This document shows positions 18,130-27,813 of a stretch of DNA of 64,000 nt, in pieces (position 1 is the stretch's first letter; every line of letters starts with the position of its first letter). The notes below the pieces were generated by a model. It was not told where the DNA came from and ran no database searches. It was given only the letters and a program-made list of their open reading frames with translations. Both the position numbers and the translations under genes were made by a program. The stretch lies in the IMG/VR virus record IMGVR_UViG_3300045988_154277. One strand, written 5' to 3'. The DNA comes from a virus.

Positions 18130-20016
18130 ATGCCAACTGTACAGCAAGAACCGAATATCGGCTTCGTTCCGATGGATAACAACATCGGTATGAGCAATCG
18201 GTTAGAGAAAGATGAGATGCAGAAGATCATGGTTGAAACACTCGGCGACCTTGCCGATGTGCTGAAAGATCACTGCGGTCCGTATGGTAAGTATGCAGCG
18301 ATCACATCTCCTGTGAACCCCTCTGCAGAACCGATCTTCACGAAAGACGGGATCAACATCGTCCGTTCGATCGACTACGTGTCTCAGGTGCAACAGTTCA
18401 TCAGGCACACACTGATGTACATGGGATCTCGTATCGAATCTACAGCAGGTGATGGTACGACTTCTGCCATGATCATCATGGCTGTTGCGATGAAGAACCT
18501 GATCCGATCGATCAACGATATTCCCTGCACCTATCAAGATCTGATCTATGTATATCAGAAATACATCCTGGACAAGATGGATGGTGGATATAAGGAACAT
18601 TATGGGTATCATGTCGATAACCAGCAGTTCAAGAACTACGCCAGTCTCCATACAGAGTACGAGGGTGGTGAAGCTTCTACGATGAAGAAGGGGATCCGTT
18701 ATATCGCTTACAGTCAAGCGTATACCTCGTCGCATGGTGATATTGAACTTTCCAACATCATCGCTGATCTGTTCGCGAATACTCCGAAAGAAGTGTGGCA
18801 CCTCTTCTCTCTGGACAAAGCAGCATATGAAACCAAAGAGCGGTATGTGGTGGATACGGAGTGCTGTCAGTGGAAGGTGGAGGGATGTCAGCTCTTTCCT
18901 CTTACGCAGATGTCAGAGGAGTTCGGCACCGCAGCGATCCGAGAGAACGCTACAACGTTGTTGACGGATCACGGGATATCGGTTGGAGATGACTATACCA
19001 AACCAGTCAGAAATCGAATCGAACAAGCGATCTTGAATGATGAACAGTTGACGGTTCTGGTAACTGGCAACTTAGATACCGCAACCAACATGTGGTTGAC
19101 TGGGTTGTTCCAGCAACATCCGAACCACATGATCAGTATCTACATGATCACTCCTGGAGATTATGGTCTGTGGAACGACATTCCCTACATGAAGGTTGCA
19201 TCAGGACAGCAGCCCACAGAAGTGATGGAGTTCCAACTGGACTACAAGTTCAACGGACGTGATCTCACGATCACCAAAGGTCTGTACGAAGACGATGACA
19301 AAACTACTTGTCATATGCATCCGTTCTACAAGAACGAAGCATATCCTCTTTACAACGACTTCGTTGCCAGATTGGAACATCAGATCAAGATCCAGTCTTC
19401 TGTTGTGGCTACCAGAGAGTCCAACAACACGGTCGCCCACATGAAGAAGATGCTCAGCAAACTCATCGTGGTGAATCGCAACTACTTCCGAGTTGGCGGT
19501 GCTGCATATGACAATGCTGCCGCGGTTGATGTAGCGGTAGATGTCCTCACAGCAGTGAAGAACACTCTGATCAATGGATGCGCTCTCGGATCCAACAAGA
19601 CGTTGTATCAATTCTTCCATAATCGGAAGAAGAATGCGGTTGATCTTGGTATGGATCAGAAGACTTCGAAGATCCTGGTTGCTTTTGCAGATGCGTTCAT
19701 GTCTGCGATCGAAGAGACCTTCACTGCGATGTTTCGTTTCGCACCGACGATGCGTCCTGCAGATGATCGTATTAAAGAGATCCTACTGGAACCTGTTCCG
19801 TACAACATCCTGGAACAAGATCAATCCAGTGCAGAGTATCATAACCTTTATGATATGTGCTTCTCTGAACACACGAACCAACCAGCTGTGCTTCAACCGA
19901 TCGATACCGATATGGCCATCGTAAGACGGTTCGGTGAAGTGGCTCTTCGGTTCGTGAAAACAGCGCGACTGGTCTCAGAGGGCGGTATCTACGTCAACCA
20001 AAAGAAGGACTCTTGA
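18130..20016 (+). CDS. phage-encoded chaperonin (GroEL/thermosome Cpn60 family)
   Basis: LADVLKDHCGPYGK...FTKDGINIVRSID...TAGDGTTSAMIIMAVAM matches the Cpn60 N-terminal ATP-binding signatures (GP.G, TKDG, AGDGTT). Confidence 0.75.
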   Translation: MPTVQQEPNIGFVPMDNNIGMSNRLEKDEMQKIMVETLGDLADVLKDHCGPYGKYAAITSPVNPSAEPIFTKDGINIVRSIDYVSQVQQFIRHTLMYMGSRIESTAGDGTTSAMIIMAVAMKNLIRSINDIPCTYQDLIYVYQKYILDKMDGGYKEHYGYHVDNQQFKNYASLHTEYEGGEASTMKKGIRYIAYSQAYTSSHGDIELSNIIADLFANTPKEVWHLFSLDKAAYETKERYVVDTECCQWKVEGCQLFPLTQMSEEFGTAAIRENATTLLTDHGISVGDDYTKPVRNRIEQAILNDEQLTVLVTGNLDTATNMWLTGLFQQHPNHMISIYMITPGDYGLWNDIPYMKVASGQQPTEVMEFQLDYKFNGRDLTITKGLYEDDDKTTCHMHPFYKNEAYPLYNDFVARLEHQIKIQSSVVATRESNNTVAHMKKMLSKLIVVNRNYFRVGGAAYDNAAAVDVAVDVLTAVKNTLINGCALGSNKTLYQFFHNRKKNAVDLGMDQKTSKILVAFADAFMSAIEETFTAMFRFAPTMRPADDRIKEILLEPVPYNILEQDQSSAEYHNLYDMCFSEHTNQPAVLQPIDTDMAIVRRFGEVALRFVKTARLVSEGGIYVNQKKDS

Positions 20017-20017
20017 T

Positions 20018-20485
20018 ATGCCTACCACCACAGAACAAAATCTGGTGAAAGTATCTCAGTGTAATCTCGGAGATACGATTAAATTCAAGACGATCAACCC
20101 GATCGATGTCAATGTCTACTCCGGTAAGATCATCGGCATCGTGGACTTTGAACGTGCCAGAACTTACGGTGATGTTGCCGCGATCCATCTTCAGATGGCT
20201 CAAGGTGCATCCAGCATGGGTAAAGACGATCTGATCGATGTGACTCAACAGCAGTTCCTGGTCGTGGAACTATACAACGGTGAGATCGTTCCTTACGCGT
20301 TTGAGTGGTTGCAGTCTCCAGGTGGATCCTACGGATCGGTACAGAAGATCGATGTTGGTGCAACCTACACGATCCGTCTGTACAACGTGTCGGACACTGA
20401 CGCGTCGACAGCTCTGTCCATCCTGAAACAGAATGGATATGTCTGTAAACTCTTGAAGAAAACAAGAGATGGTTCCGTCTCTTAA
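20018..20485 (+). CDS. hypothetical protein translationally coupled to the chaperonin (co-chaperonin role not demonstrable)
   Basis: 155-aa ORF starting 1 nt after the chaperonin stop. Confidence 0.5.
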   Translation: MPTTTEQNLVKVSQCNLGDTIKFKTINPIDVNVYSGKIIGIVDFERARTYGDVAAIHLQMAQGASSMGKDDLIDVTQQQFLVVELYNGEIVPYAFEWLQSPGGSYGSVQKIDVGATYTIRLYNVSDTDASTALSILKQNGYVCKLLKKTRDGSVS

Positions 20486-20493
20486 GTAAGAAC

Positions 20494-20529
20494 ATCACTA
20501 GGGATGTGGATATCCACATCCCTAGTGAT
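20494..20529. terminator. bidirectional terminator, 16-bp perfect stem
   Basis: atcactagggatgtgg-atat-ccacatccctagtgat between convergent genes. Confidence 0.65.
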
Positions 20530-20536
20530 CATATCG

Positions 20537-21553
20537 TTATTTCTTGGAGTTATTGATCTCTTGGATGATCCACTCCGTCATAGAGTAGAACTTAGCATAA
20601 TACTGTTCGATACCAACCAACAGAGATGCAGATGAGTTCATCACATATTGAGTGACGTTGAGCAGAAGCGTGATCGACTCTTCCGCATTCGAACCTTTCC
20701 ACATGTTACTCACATCTCTGATGTTCTCGTACAACGTTTCCATGTTGTCAGCGACCGGTTCGATCTCTTTCATGATGGCGGAGACCAACGCCTCTGCATA
20801 ACGAATCTGAGATCCACCATTCCAACCGAACTCTCTGGGATCAACAGGATCCGGAGATGCCGTTTCGATGATGACTTTGCATCCCTCAGATGTTACAACG
20901 ACACCATCGCGATAGTGCTGGTGATTGATCTCCCTGGCGAACATATCTCTGGCTGAACGGTAGTCTTTGAATACACCGTCTATGGTTTGCTTAGCTTTGG
21001 CTGGATCGCTTTTAACTGCAGCGAATAGACTGTTCAACTTGCTGTACCAGTCTCCGATGTACACAACAAGATTGCGGAGTGCGGTTAATCGCGTAATGAA
21101 CATCTGGTAATCGAATACATTGGGAACTTGCATCCCTTTGGGGAATGATTGGATCATCATGAGTCGGCTGGCGTTCATCTTCTGTTGTTTGTTGGGACGC
21201 AGGAACCATTCTGTGATCTTGTCCATCAGATAACGGAGGAAGTCCAAGATCTTCTGGATGATGTAGTTCGCTTTATCCTTCAGCCAACTTCCCAGGTTAG
21301 CAACATAGATGCTCTTCTTGGAGAACATGTCTTTGCCGTCCAGTTCGTGTTTGCCGATGTGAATGGCCGTTGTGAACGACTCACCACCAACAGAATCGAT
21401 CAACGGTTTGCTGTATCCGAACTCTCGAATGGTCTTCAGTACATTGCGGTGATGTTCGAACGTTGCGAAATCCTCCATGATTGACCGGTACATCTCTTTG
21501 GTTCTCTCTTGGAACTCAAAGATATCCATGTAAATAGGAATAAACATATCCAT
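20537..21553 (-). CDS. hypothetical protein
   Basis: 338-aa ORF. Confidence 0.55.
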   Translation of the reverse strand: MDMFIPIYMDIFEFQERTKEMYRSIMEDFATFEHHRNVLKTIREFGYSKPLIDSVGGESFTTAIHIGKHELDGKDMFSKKSIYVANLGSWLKDKANYIIQKILDFLRYLMDKITEWFLRPNKQQKMNASRLMMIQSFPKGMQVPNVFDYQMFITRLTALRNLVVYIGDWYSKLNSLFAAVKSDPAKAKQTIDGVFKDYRSARDMFAREINHQHYRDGVVVTSEGCKVIIETASPDPVDPREFGWNGGSQIRYAEALVSAIMKEIEPVADNMETLYENIRDVSNMWKGSNAEESITLLLNVTQYVMNSSASLLVGIEQYYAKFYSMTEWIIQEINNSKK

Positions 21554-21568
21554 GTGTTATTATCCTCA

Positions 21569-23155
21569 TCAGTTGTTCAGTAGTTGTGAGAGCTTAGCAG
21601 CTCTGAAATAAAGTTTGTTATCCACAAGTTGCTTGGTCTTGTAGATTAGTTGTTCGTACTCTCTTGGGAATCTTCCACTGAGGATCATGCCCACTGGTGT
21701 TTCCACAAGATAACGAAGTAGTTTGGTGAACGCAGTGATACCATCTGCGATACGGTTCGTAATGGAACGGTTATCGAGCGCTTGTAAAGTACTCTCGTAA
21801 TCAGCGATGTAATACGCGAGCATATCGGGAGGAAGGTTCTGCTTGAACACTTTAACAGTCTCCTGCAGAACCAGCTGGCCACGCATCGGCATCTCATCGT
21901 GTTCTTCCAAATGATACATATCACCATTCAGAAGTGTCGTGATGAAAAACGAGAGCTTGGCAACGTTCCAAGCGATACTGCTGTTCTTCGCGAAGATCCC
22001 TGTACCAGCTCTGCTAGCGAGGTTGTAGTCCAGTTTGTTCAGAGAGGACACCAGAGCACTACCGAGTCCGTGTCGTACAACGAACTGATCTGCCAGTCTC
22101 TCACAGAGTTTGAAGTTGTGAACAGAAACTGCTTGATCGGAGAGTTTCTTACTGGATGTGTTCAGTGCGATCAATGTGGACGTATCTCCCATATAAGAGA
22201 ACAGCTGACTCAATACGGCGAATGGGATCGTTGCTATCATAGCAGCATCCATGATCGCCGAGATCAAAATGCCGAATCCATCAAGGATGTAAGCTCCAGC
22301 AGAGTCTTTTCTATTTTGCAACAGATCATCGGTCTTATCAACAGCGTCTGGTGTATGATGGATCTTACTCAACTCAATCACCATCTTGGCTTTTTCCTCA
22401 ACGGTAGCGTGTTGATTGAAATACTCATAAGCAGTCATAACCGTTCCCATCCGCATACACCCATCCAGAGCATGTTCTAACATGGAGTGAAGATGTCCGA
22501 TCTCATGGATGACGATAGCAGCGATCTCTTCTGCTGTAAATGGTTGACATTTGTTATGTCCGACTTCCTGGATCAAAAAAGAAGCGAATGGATCGAAGTA
22601 CAACGTGAACGATACCTTACGACCATCGTAGAGATGATCGATTGCATAGATACCGGTATCCTTACGAAGTGAATTCACAAGGTTCTGGATGTCCTTGACG
22701 GTGGTACAGCGTAGGTCGTACTGCTTAATGATCCATTGATAATACTTCTGCATACCAGTACCGGAATACGAATCGATGAACATCTGAGCATTCCAACCGT
22801 AACGGTCACCAATATCCATCACACAAGCGAACCCGTAGTTGATCCCATTGGAGAGAACGATCTTCCTACAGTTCAACCCGGTGGTCTCTTTGACCAGTTT
22901 GCTGAACCTTGGATAGAAGATCTTTTTGGTGTAAGCGATCGTCTCTTTGACACGATCTTGGATAGAGGTGTTGATGTTGTTCCTGTAATTGATAATATCT
23001 TGAAACAGTTCAACCAACCCTTTCGTCAAAGGAGAACTACGTTGGAAGTCGATCGCTTCCAACGAAGGATATAATCTTGACATAGTGGAAAGTTCCTTCT
23101 GTAGTTTAAGTATAGCATGTGCTGGAAGTGTTGTGAATACACACACCATAAACAA
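21569..23155 (-). CDS. putative zinc metallopeptidase (HExxH; M48/M56-like with hydrophobic segment)
   Basis: 528 aa; IVIHEIGHLHSMLEH; hydrophobic stretch ILISAIMDAAMIATIPFAVL. Confidence 0.55.
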   Translation of the reverse strand: MFMVCVFTTLPAHAILKLQKELSTMSRLYPSLEAIDFQRSSPLTKGLVELFQDIINYRNNINTSIQDRVKETIAYTKKIFYPRFSKLVKETTGLNCRKIVLSNGINYGFACVMDIGDRYGWNAQMFIDSYSGTGMQKYYQWIIKQYDLRCTTVKDIQNLVNSLRKDTGIYAIDHLYDGRKVSFTLYFDPFASFLIQEVGHNKCQPFTAEEIAAIVIHEIGHLHSMLEHALDGCMRMGTVMTAYEYFNQHATVEEKAKMVIELSKIHHTPDAVDKTDDLLQNRKDSAGAYILDGFGILISAIMDAAMIATIPFAVLSQLFSYMGDTSTLIALNTSSKKLSDQAVSVHNFKLCERLADQFVVRHGLGSALVSSLNKLDYNLASRAGTGIFAKNSSIAWNVAKLSFFITTLLNGDMYHLEEHDEMPMRGQLVLQETVKVFKQNLPPDMLAYYIADYESTLQALDNRSITNRIADGITAFTKLLRYLVETPVGMILSGRFPREYEQLIYKTKQLVDNKLYFRAAKLSQLLNN

Positions 23156-23164
23156 AAAACAAAT

Positions 23165-23198
23165 CGTATGGTGGGAGTATTATAGCTCCCACCATACG
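23165..23198 (-). terminator. rho-independent terminator for minus-strand transcript
   Basis: cgtatggtgggag-loop-ctcccaccatacg followed on the minus strand by AUUUGUUUUUUU. Confidence 0.7.
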
Positions 23199-23330
23199 AA
23201 GTCGTTATCATCTCAGATGATACCACACAGTAACATATAGTTCCCTATATGACATCGTGTGATCTCATGCCTGATTAGGTCATCAGACATGTGTTTCATT
23301 ACAATGTACCACATGTGTTCCTCCTTGTTG

Positions 23331-24674
23331 TTATAGTTTTGATTTGATCTGTTTTATCACGTCCCGAACCCAACGACGATCTTCTTCGTTTAAGTATTCA
23401 CGGTAATATTTCTGTTCTATCTTCTCTACCAGATCCTCTTCCTTTTTTTGGTTATTTGGGGCTTTGTCCCATTGCGCTAAGAACAGGTGATAACACTCGT
23501 GTACGATAGTTCCCATAAAACTATCTATTTGATCCTTTGTGGCGTTACCGGATGGACCCCACATGTTACTGTACAATCTGTAATTGACATATATGTCTAC
23601 AGAGCCAGACATGTTGTTCTTAGCATAACACCAACCGTACGGAGGGCGTTCTTCAGCAGTATCGTCGCTAAGACCCCACGTCATAGGTCTACGATTTGTT
23701 ATAATTACATTTCGGACAGTAACAGATCCTCCAAAGAGGTGCTCCATCTTCTTTAGGATATGTGATGGGATCTTAACAGTAACCTCTACTGGTATATCTC
23801 GATTAAACAATCTATCTATATCCAATAGATACGATACACCGATAGAGCATAGTTCAGTCGATGCTCGTGATATGGTTGTGACTATCAGTATAACTTGTTT
23901 GACACCATCCTGTATCCCGACATCCATAATGTCATCTCTAAAGATGTCATTCGCTTGTTTTGATATACCTAATATCGCCTCTTTGAATTCTTCTTTCGTC
24001 ATATCGTCTGATATTGTTAACTTAAATTCTTCCAATGCGAATACTAGGGTATCTGAAAGGAGTGCTATGTGACCAAGATCACTTGCTATTGATCTTGCCA
24101 GATCACGAACATCTCCACGGCGATAACCAACAACTCCCTTTTGTTTTTCACAAAGCTGATGTGCTTTATCAACGTAACTATCTAGTTTTCGTTTAAAAGC
24201 ATCAAATGGTGTTGATTTACATCTAGTACGCATGAACACATGGGCATCAGTGAATACTTCTGCTACCTCATCCATATATTTATACGGTATTAGTATAACA
24301 CCATCTCTAGCTTGAGACATAAGTAAGAAAAGATCACTCATACTCTTCTTTACGAAATCAGAGTTACTCGTCTTAGGTGTTTCTTTGATACCAAGTACTT
24401 TACACACCTTATGCCGAATAGCACCGAAGAACTTCTTAACAGCAGCAATCAGTTGGTTGATTTTCTCTTTCAACCAACTGATGAACTTACTGATCGCTTC
24501 TTTCGCTTGATCAACTAAGCTCTCTTCACCTATTAGTTCACGGAAGTGTTCTGTGTAACCATACTTGTTATAGTAGTTGACCACAACGCATGCGTTGTGA
24601 TACACATCGTAACCTTGTATGATTTGGTTACAGATAGTGTTGATATCGTTTAGGTATTTTAATTCAGTTTCCAT
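23331..24674 (-). CDS. hypothetical protein with C-terminal HExxH motif (SprT/metallopeptidase-like)
   Basis: 447 aa; ...FMGTIVHECYHLFLAQW... Confidence 0.5.
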   Translation of the reverse strand: METELKYLNDINTICNQIIQGYDVYHNACVVVNYYNKYGYTEHFRELIGEESLVDQAKEAISKFISWLKEKINQLIAAVKKFFGAIRHKVCKVLGIKETPKTSNSDFVKKSMSDLFLLMSQARDGVILIPYKYMDEVAEVFTDAHVFMRTRCKSTPFDAFKRKLDSYVDKAHQLCEKQKGVVGYRRGDVRDLARSIASDLGHIALLSDTLVFALEEFKLTISDDMTKEEFKEAILGISKQANDIFRDDIMDVGIQDGVKQVILIVTTISRASTELCSIGVSYLLDIDRLFNRDIPVEVTVKIPSHILKKMEHLFGGSVTVRNVIITNRRPMTWGLSDDTAEERPPYGWCYAKNNMSGSVDIYVNYRLYSNMWGPSGNATKDQIDSFMGTIVHECYHLFLAQWDKAPNNQKKEEDLVEKIEQKYYREYLNEEDRRWVRDVIKQIKSKL

Positions 24675-25482
24675 GTTCTAGATCCTCTTTAAGTAATTCA
24701 TCCCAATAAGTATCGGTTGCGATGTCGTTGTCTTTTACCATAGCCTCGTATGGGATAGACCTGATCAGCTCCAGTTGCTCTTTGGTCAACAGTTCTTTGG
24801 AACAGTGCCAGCTCCGAAAGTAGTTGAAACGTGCTTTTGTGTGAAACTTCATATAGAGCCAGACAGTGTTGTTGTCTTCTGCTCTTTCGATGACCAGACG
24901 GTCACCTTCTTTGAGTCGTGCAAATTGCTCCAGGAACGCTTTGCAGTTGCAGAAACTCAGCTCACCGGCACTTACCCGGATCATCTTGCATTGCCATTCC
25001 AGAATCTCAAGCCTCCGAAGCTGCTCTCCCTCCAAATTGGATTTATGAAAAGAATGGGTTTCCGTGATGGCTTCGGGACCATTCATCAAATATCGTCTTA
25101 CGACGATAGTCACCGTGTTATAGTCTTCTTTGAAAGATACCAGATCAACACGCTGATGATCCGCCACATACAACAGTTGATAACAGAGCGATTCAAACTC
25201 ACTCTGTTCCGCACGTTTGTTTGCCAGCTTAAGTTGCTCTTCCTTGATTCGGACGATCCGTTCTGCGTTCAGATGTTTCTTTTGGAATGTATATGCAACA
25301 TCATAGGTGGGTAAGCTGATACCATCATGTTCTTTCCGAACGATGATCTCGAACTTGTCATCGAACTCCTGTATGCTGGTGATATAGATGTGCTTGATCA
25401 TATCATTCTGAGTTCGATCAATGTCGCGGATAACTGTGTCGAACAGTTTAGTAGACGAGGGTTTTTCAGAATGGTAAAACAT
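24664..25482 (-). CDS. hypothetical protein
   Basis: 272-aa ORF overlapping neighbour by 11 nt. Confidence 0.5.
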   Translation of the reverse strand: MFYHSEKPSSTKLFDTVIRDIDRTQNDMIKHIYITSIQEFDDKFEIIVRKEHDGISLPTYDVAYTFQKKHLNAERIVRIKEEQLKLANKRAEQSEFESLCYQLLYVADHQRVDLVSFKEDYNTVTIVVRRYLMNGPEAITETHSFHKSNLEGEQLRRLEILEWQCKMIRVSAGELSFCNCKAFLEQFARLKEGDRLVIERAEDNNTVWLYMKFHTKARFNYFRSWHCSKELLTKEQLELIRSIPYEAMVKDNDIATDTYWDELLKEDLEHGN

Positions 25483-25552
25483 GCGTGACTCCTTTATGAT
25501 TGTTCTTATTGGATGTTTGATGGTTATATCAATTCGATGATATACTTCAATT

Positions 25553-25572
25553 AGTTATATATACTTCAAAAG
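25553..25572 (+). promoter_or_regulatory. copy of the AGTTATATATA..TTCAAAAG motif
   Basis: agttatatatacttcaaaag. Confidence 0.4.
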
Positions 25573-25607
25573 ACCTTCATTTACACCTGCTATACTGGAC
25601 ATAAAGA

Positions 25608-25643
25608 CTGTACACGTGATGGTTTTATCCATCACGTGTACAG
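25608..25643. terminator. 15-bp-stem hairpin downstream of minus gene 25683..27782
   Basis: ctgtacacgtgatgg-ttttat-ccatcacgtgtacag. Confidence 0.5.
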
Positions 25644-25682
25644 TAGGGTAGACCTCTAATAGTCCTATACTAGAACCTTAGA

Positions 25683-27782
25683 TCAAAGCCATCTGAAAAG
25701 ACGGTCTTGGTTCAGTTCTTTCTCAGCCGATTCGTTGGGGATGGTCTCCGGGGGAGTCTCCACAACTTCACGGTGGGGTTCGGTCACAGCGTTCGGAACT
25801 TCCGGATCGCCGTTGGGATCGACGCCAGGAGCTGGTTCCTCCACAGGCTTCGGTTCACCTTCACCACCAGGAAGACCTTCCGGTTCCACAACACCAGCTT
25901 CGTTGGTCAGAGCAGGCTGCGGGGGAACGAGAGGTTCTTCTTCGATCGGAGAACCATCCGGGTTGACAGGGCTCACCGGAGGAGTGACTTCCGGGTCAAC
26001 GGGAGCAGGAGTTGCAGGTTCCGCAGGAGGAACGATGGGTTCTTCCACAACGGTACCTTCCGGAGTGACGGCAGGTTCCCCTTCGTTCCGATAGACACGA
26101 CGACGATTGGTCGGGTTGCCAGCGGACGGAGCCGGTTCACCACCGACAGGACCTTCCGTGCCTTCTTCCAGAGCACCAGCCGGATCCGCATTGCCATCAC
26201 CAGACTTGCCTTCCCCTTCCGTATCGTCCGGAAGCGTGCTCGCCGGGTCTTCCATCTGTTTCTCAGGTTCGAACTCATGCTCGGTCACATCACCACCCTG
26301 GAACTCATTGAAGACGCGACGACGATTGGTCGCATCACCAGTGGTGGAAGATGCACTTGGTTCGTTGCCGGAGGTCGGAGCAGGATCGCCTTTGCCTTCT
26401 CCTTCGCTTTCATCGGGGAGGGTACCAGCAGGATCATCCATCTGTTCTTCCGGTTTGAACTCATGTTCCGTGACATCGCCGCCTTCGAACTCGTTCTTGG
26501 CATGACGACGGACTTTGCCTCTGCGTTTGTTACCGAGAGGTTTCTGCTCGGTGACTTCTTCCACAGGAGTTGCAACCGGAGCCTGTTCTGGAACTTCGGC
26601 TTTCTTCAGCTTACCGCACATCGCGACAACCTGGTCAACCATGTGGCTGCAAGCCGTTCCATAAAGCTGAGCCACCGTACCAACCGTGGCAGCGAACTTA
26701 CGGCACTCTTCGATTTCACCATCCGCCTTCGCATCACCTTCCATCGCGTTGATCTGTTCGACTTTCGCACAGACATCATCTTTGCATTTACAGACAACGT
26801 CTTTGGCTTTGGCGATGTTCTCACATTTGCCGATCACAGCAGCGAGAGCAAGAGTCGCTTCTTTCAGGTTCGCAGGAGTCCAACGGAAGACCGCCATCTC
26901 CTGTTCCTGAGGAGCATCGGCAGGACCTTCGACCGGGATCGCTTCCGCCGTCTCGCGCTGTTCCAGATCTTCCTGAGACTTACCTTCTTCAGCAGCCGGA
27001 GTTTCGGCGACAGGAGCAGACATCACTTCTTCCGGAGCAGGAGCTTCCGCCTCTGCTACAGCAGGAGACTCTTCCACGATCGCGACCTTCTCTTCGACCT
27101 GATAACCGAGTGTCTTGAGAGCCGGTTCGATCTCAGCAAGCTTGGCGGGATCCAGAGTCGGCATCGCAGCATTGATCGTTTCCAGAGCTTTGATGCGTTC
27201 CATGAACACAGGCTGAGTAAATCCGAAGACTTCGTCCGTAGCGAACGCAGCCGCATCGATCGCTTCGATGTTGCCGAGCAGATCGTTGGCAAGGTCGTTC
27301 AGAGTTTCCTGCTGACATTTGGAAGTTTCACAGAGTTTGTCGAGGTAATCGCAAACGGTGTGAGCCAGGGAGTGGAAGAACTCACAGACTTTGGCATACG
27401 CATTCTCAACGACGTTGTCGATGCCTTCGCAGCAGAGTTTGCCGACCTGACGAGTATTGAGAGAGGTGACGTTCGGGATTTCGATGCCGATCGCATTCGC
27501 AAGCTGGTTGCCGTCATTGAAGACCGCAAGCAGACCTTCCGTAGCGCCGTGCTCTGTGAACAGAGCTTTCGCCTGTTTCAGAGTGGCAACCGCATCATAG
27601 ACCGCTTTGTCCTGGCAGATGATACGGCTGATCTTGTTGCCCTTCATTTCAAGGGCAACTTGACAGTTCTGCATGTTGGCGAGATGGATCCAGAAGAACC
27701 CCTTGCTGACAACTTTCTTCGCAGTAGAGTGCTGCTTGGGAGCAAGGATGCTCTTGAGATTGAGGTTGATTCCGTTACTCAT
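25683..27782 (-). CDS. acidic Pro/Glu/Gly/Ala-rich protein with tandem ~60-aa repeats
   Basis: 699 aa; repeats NEFEGGDVTEHEFKPEEQMDDPAGTLPDESEGEGK...NRRRV x2; the opposite ORF 25707..27827 is Arg-rich antisense. Confidence 0.6.
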   Translation of the reverse strand: MSNGINLNLKSILAPKQHSTAKKVVSKGFFWIHLANMQNCQVALEMKGNKISRIICQDKAVYDAVATLKQAKALFTEHGATEGLLAVFNDGNQLANAIGIEIPNVTSLNTRQVGKLCCEGIDNVVENAYAKVCEFFHSLAHTVCDYLDKLCETSKCQQETLNDLANDLLGNIEAIDAAAFATDEVFGFTQPVFMERIKALETINAAMPTLDPAKLAEIEPALKTLGYQVEEKVAIVEESPAVAEAEAPAPEEVMSAPVAETPAAEEGKSQEDLEQRETAEAIPVEGPADAPQEQEMAVFRWTPANLKEATLALAAVIGKCENIAKAKDVVCKCKDDVCAKVEQINAMEGDAKADGEIEECRKFAATVGTVAQLYGTACSHMVDQVVAMCGKLKKAEVPEQAPVATPVEEVTEQKPLGNKRRGKVRRHAKNEFEGGDVTEHEFKPEEQMDDPAGTLPDESEGEGKGDPAPTSGNEPSASSTTGDATNRRRVFNEFQGGDVTEHEFEPEKQMEDPASTLPDDTEGEGKSGDGNADPAGALEEGTEGPVGGEPAPSAGNPTNRRRVYRNEGEPAVTPEGTVVEEPIVPPAEPATPAPVDPEVTPPVSPVNPDGSPIEEEPLVPPQPALTNEAGVVEPEGLPGGEGEPKPVEEPAPGVDPNGDPEVPNAVTEPHREVVETPPETIPNESAEKELNQDRLFRWL
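26100..26520 (-). repeat. tandem ~190-bp coding repeat inside 25683..27782 (approximate bounds)
   Basis: gaactcatg(c/t)t(c/c)gg(t/g)(c/g)acatc(a/g)cc(a/g)cc...gaactc(a/g)tt repeated. Confidence 0.5.
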
Positions 27783-27813
27783 AATCCTATTCCTTTGTAT
27801 AAGGTGAAATGTT

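Noticed and set aside
23240-23255. 13-mer cctatatgacatc shared with 46124..46136
   Set aside because: Exact 13-mers are expected by chance many times in 64 kb. No extended similarity around them.
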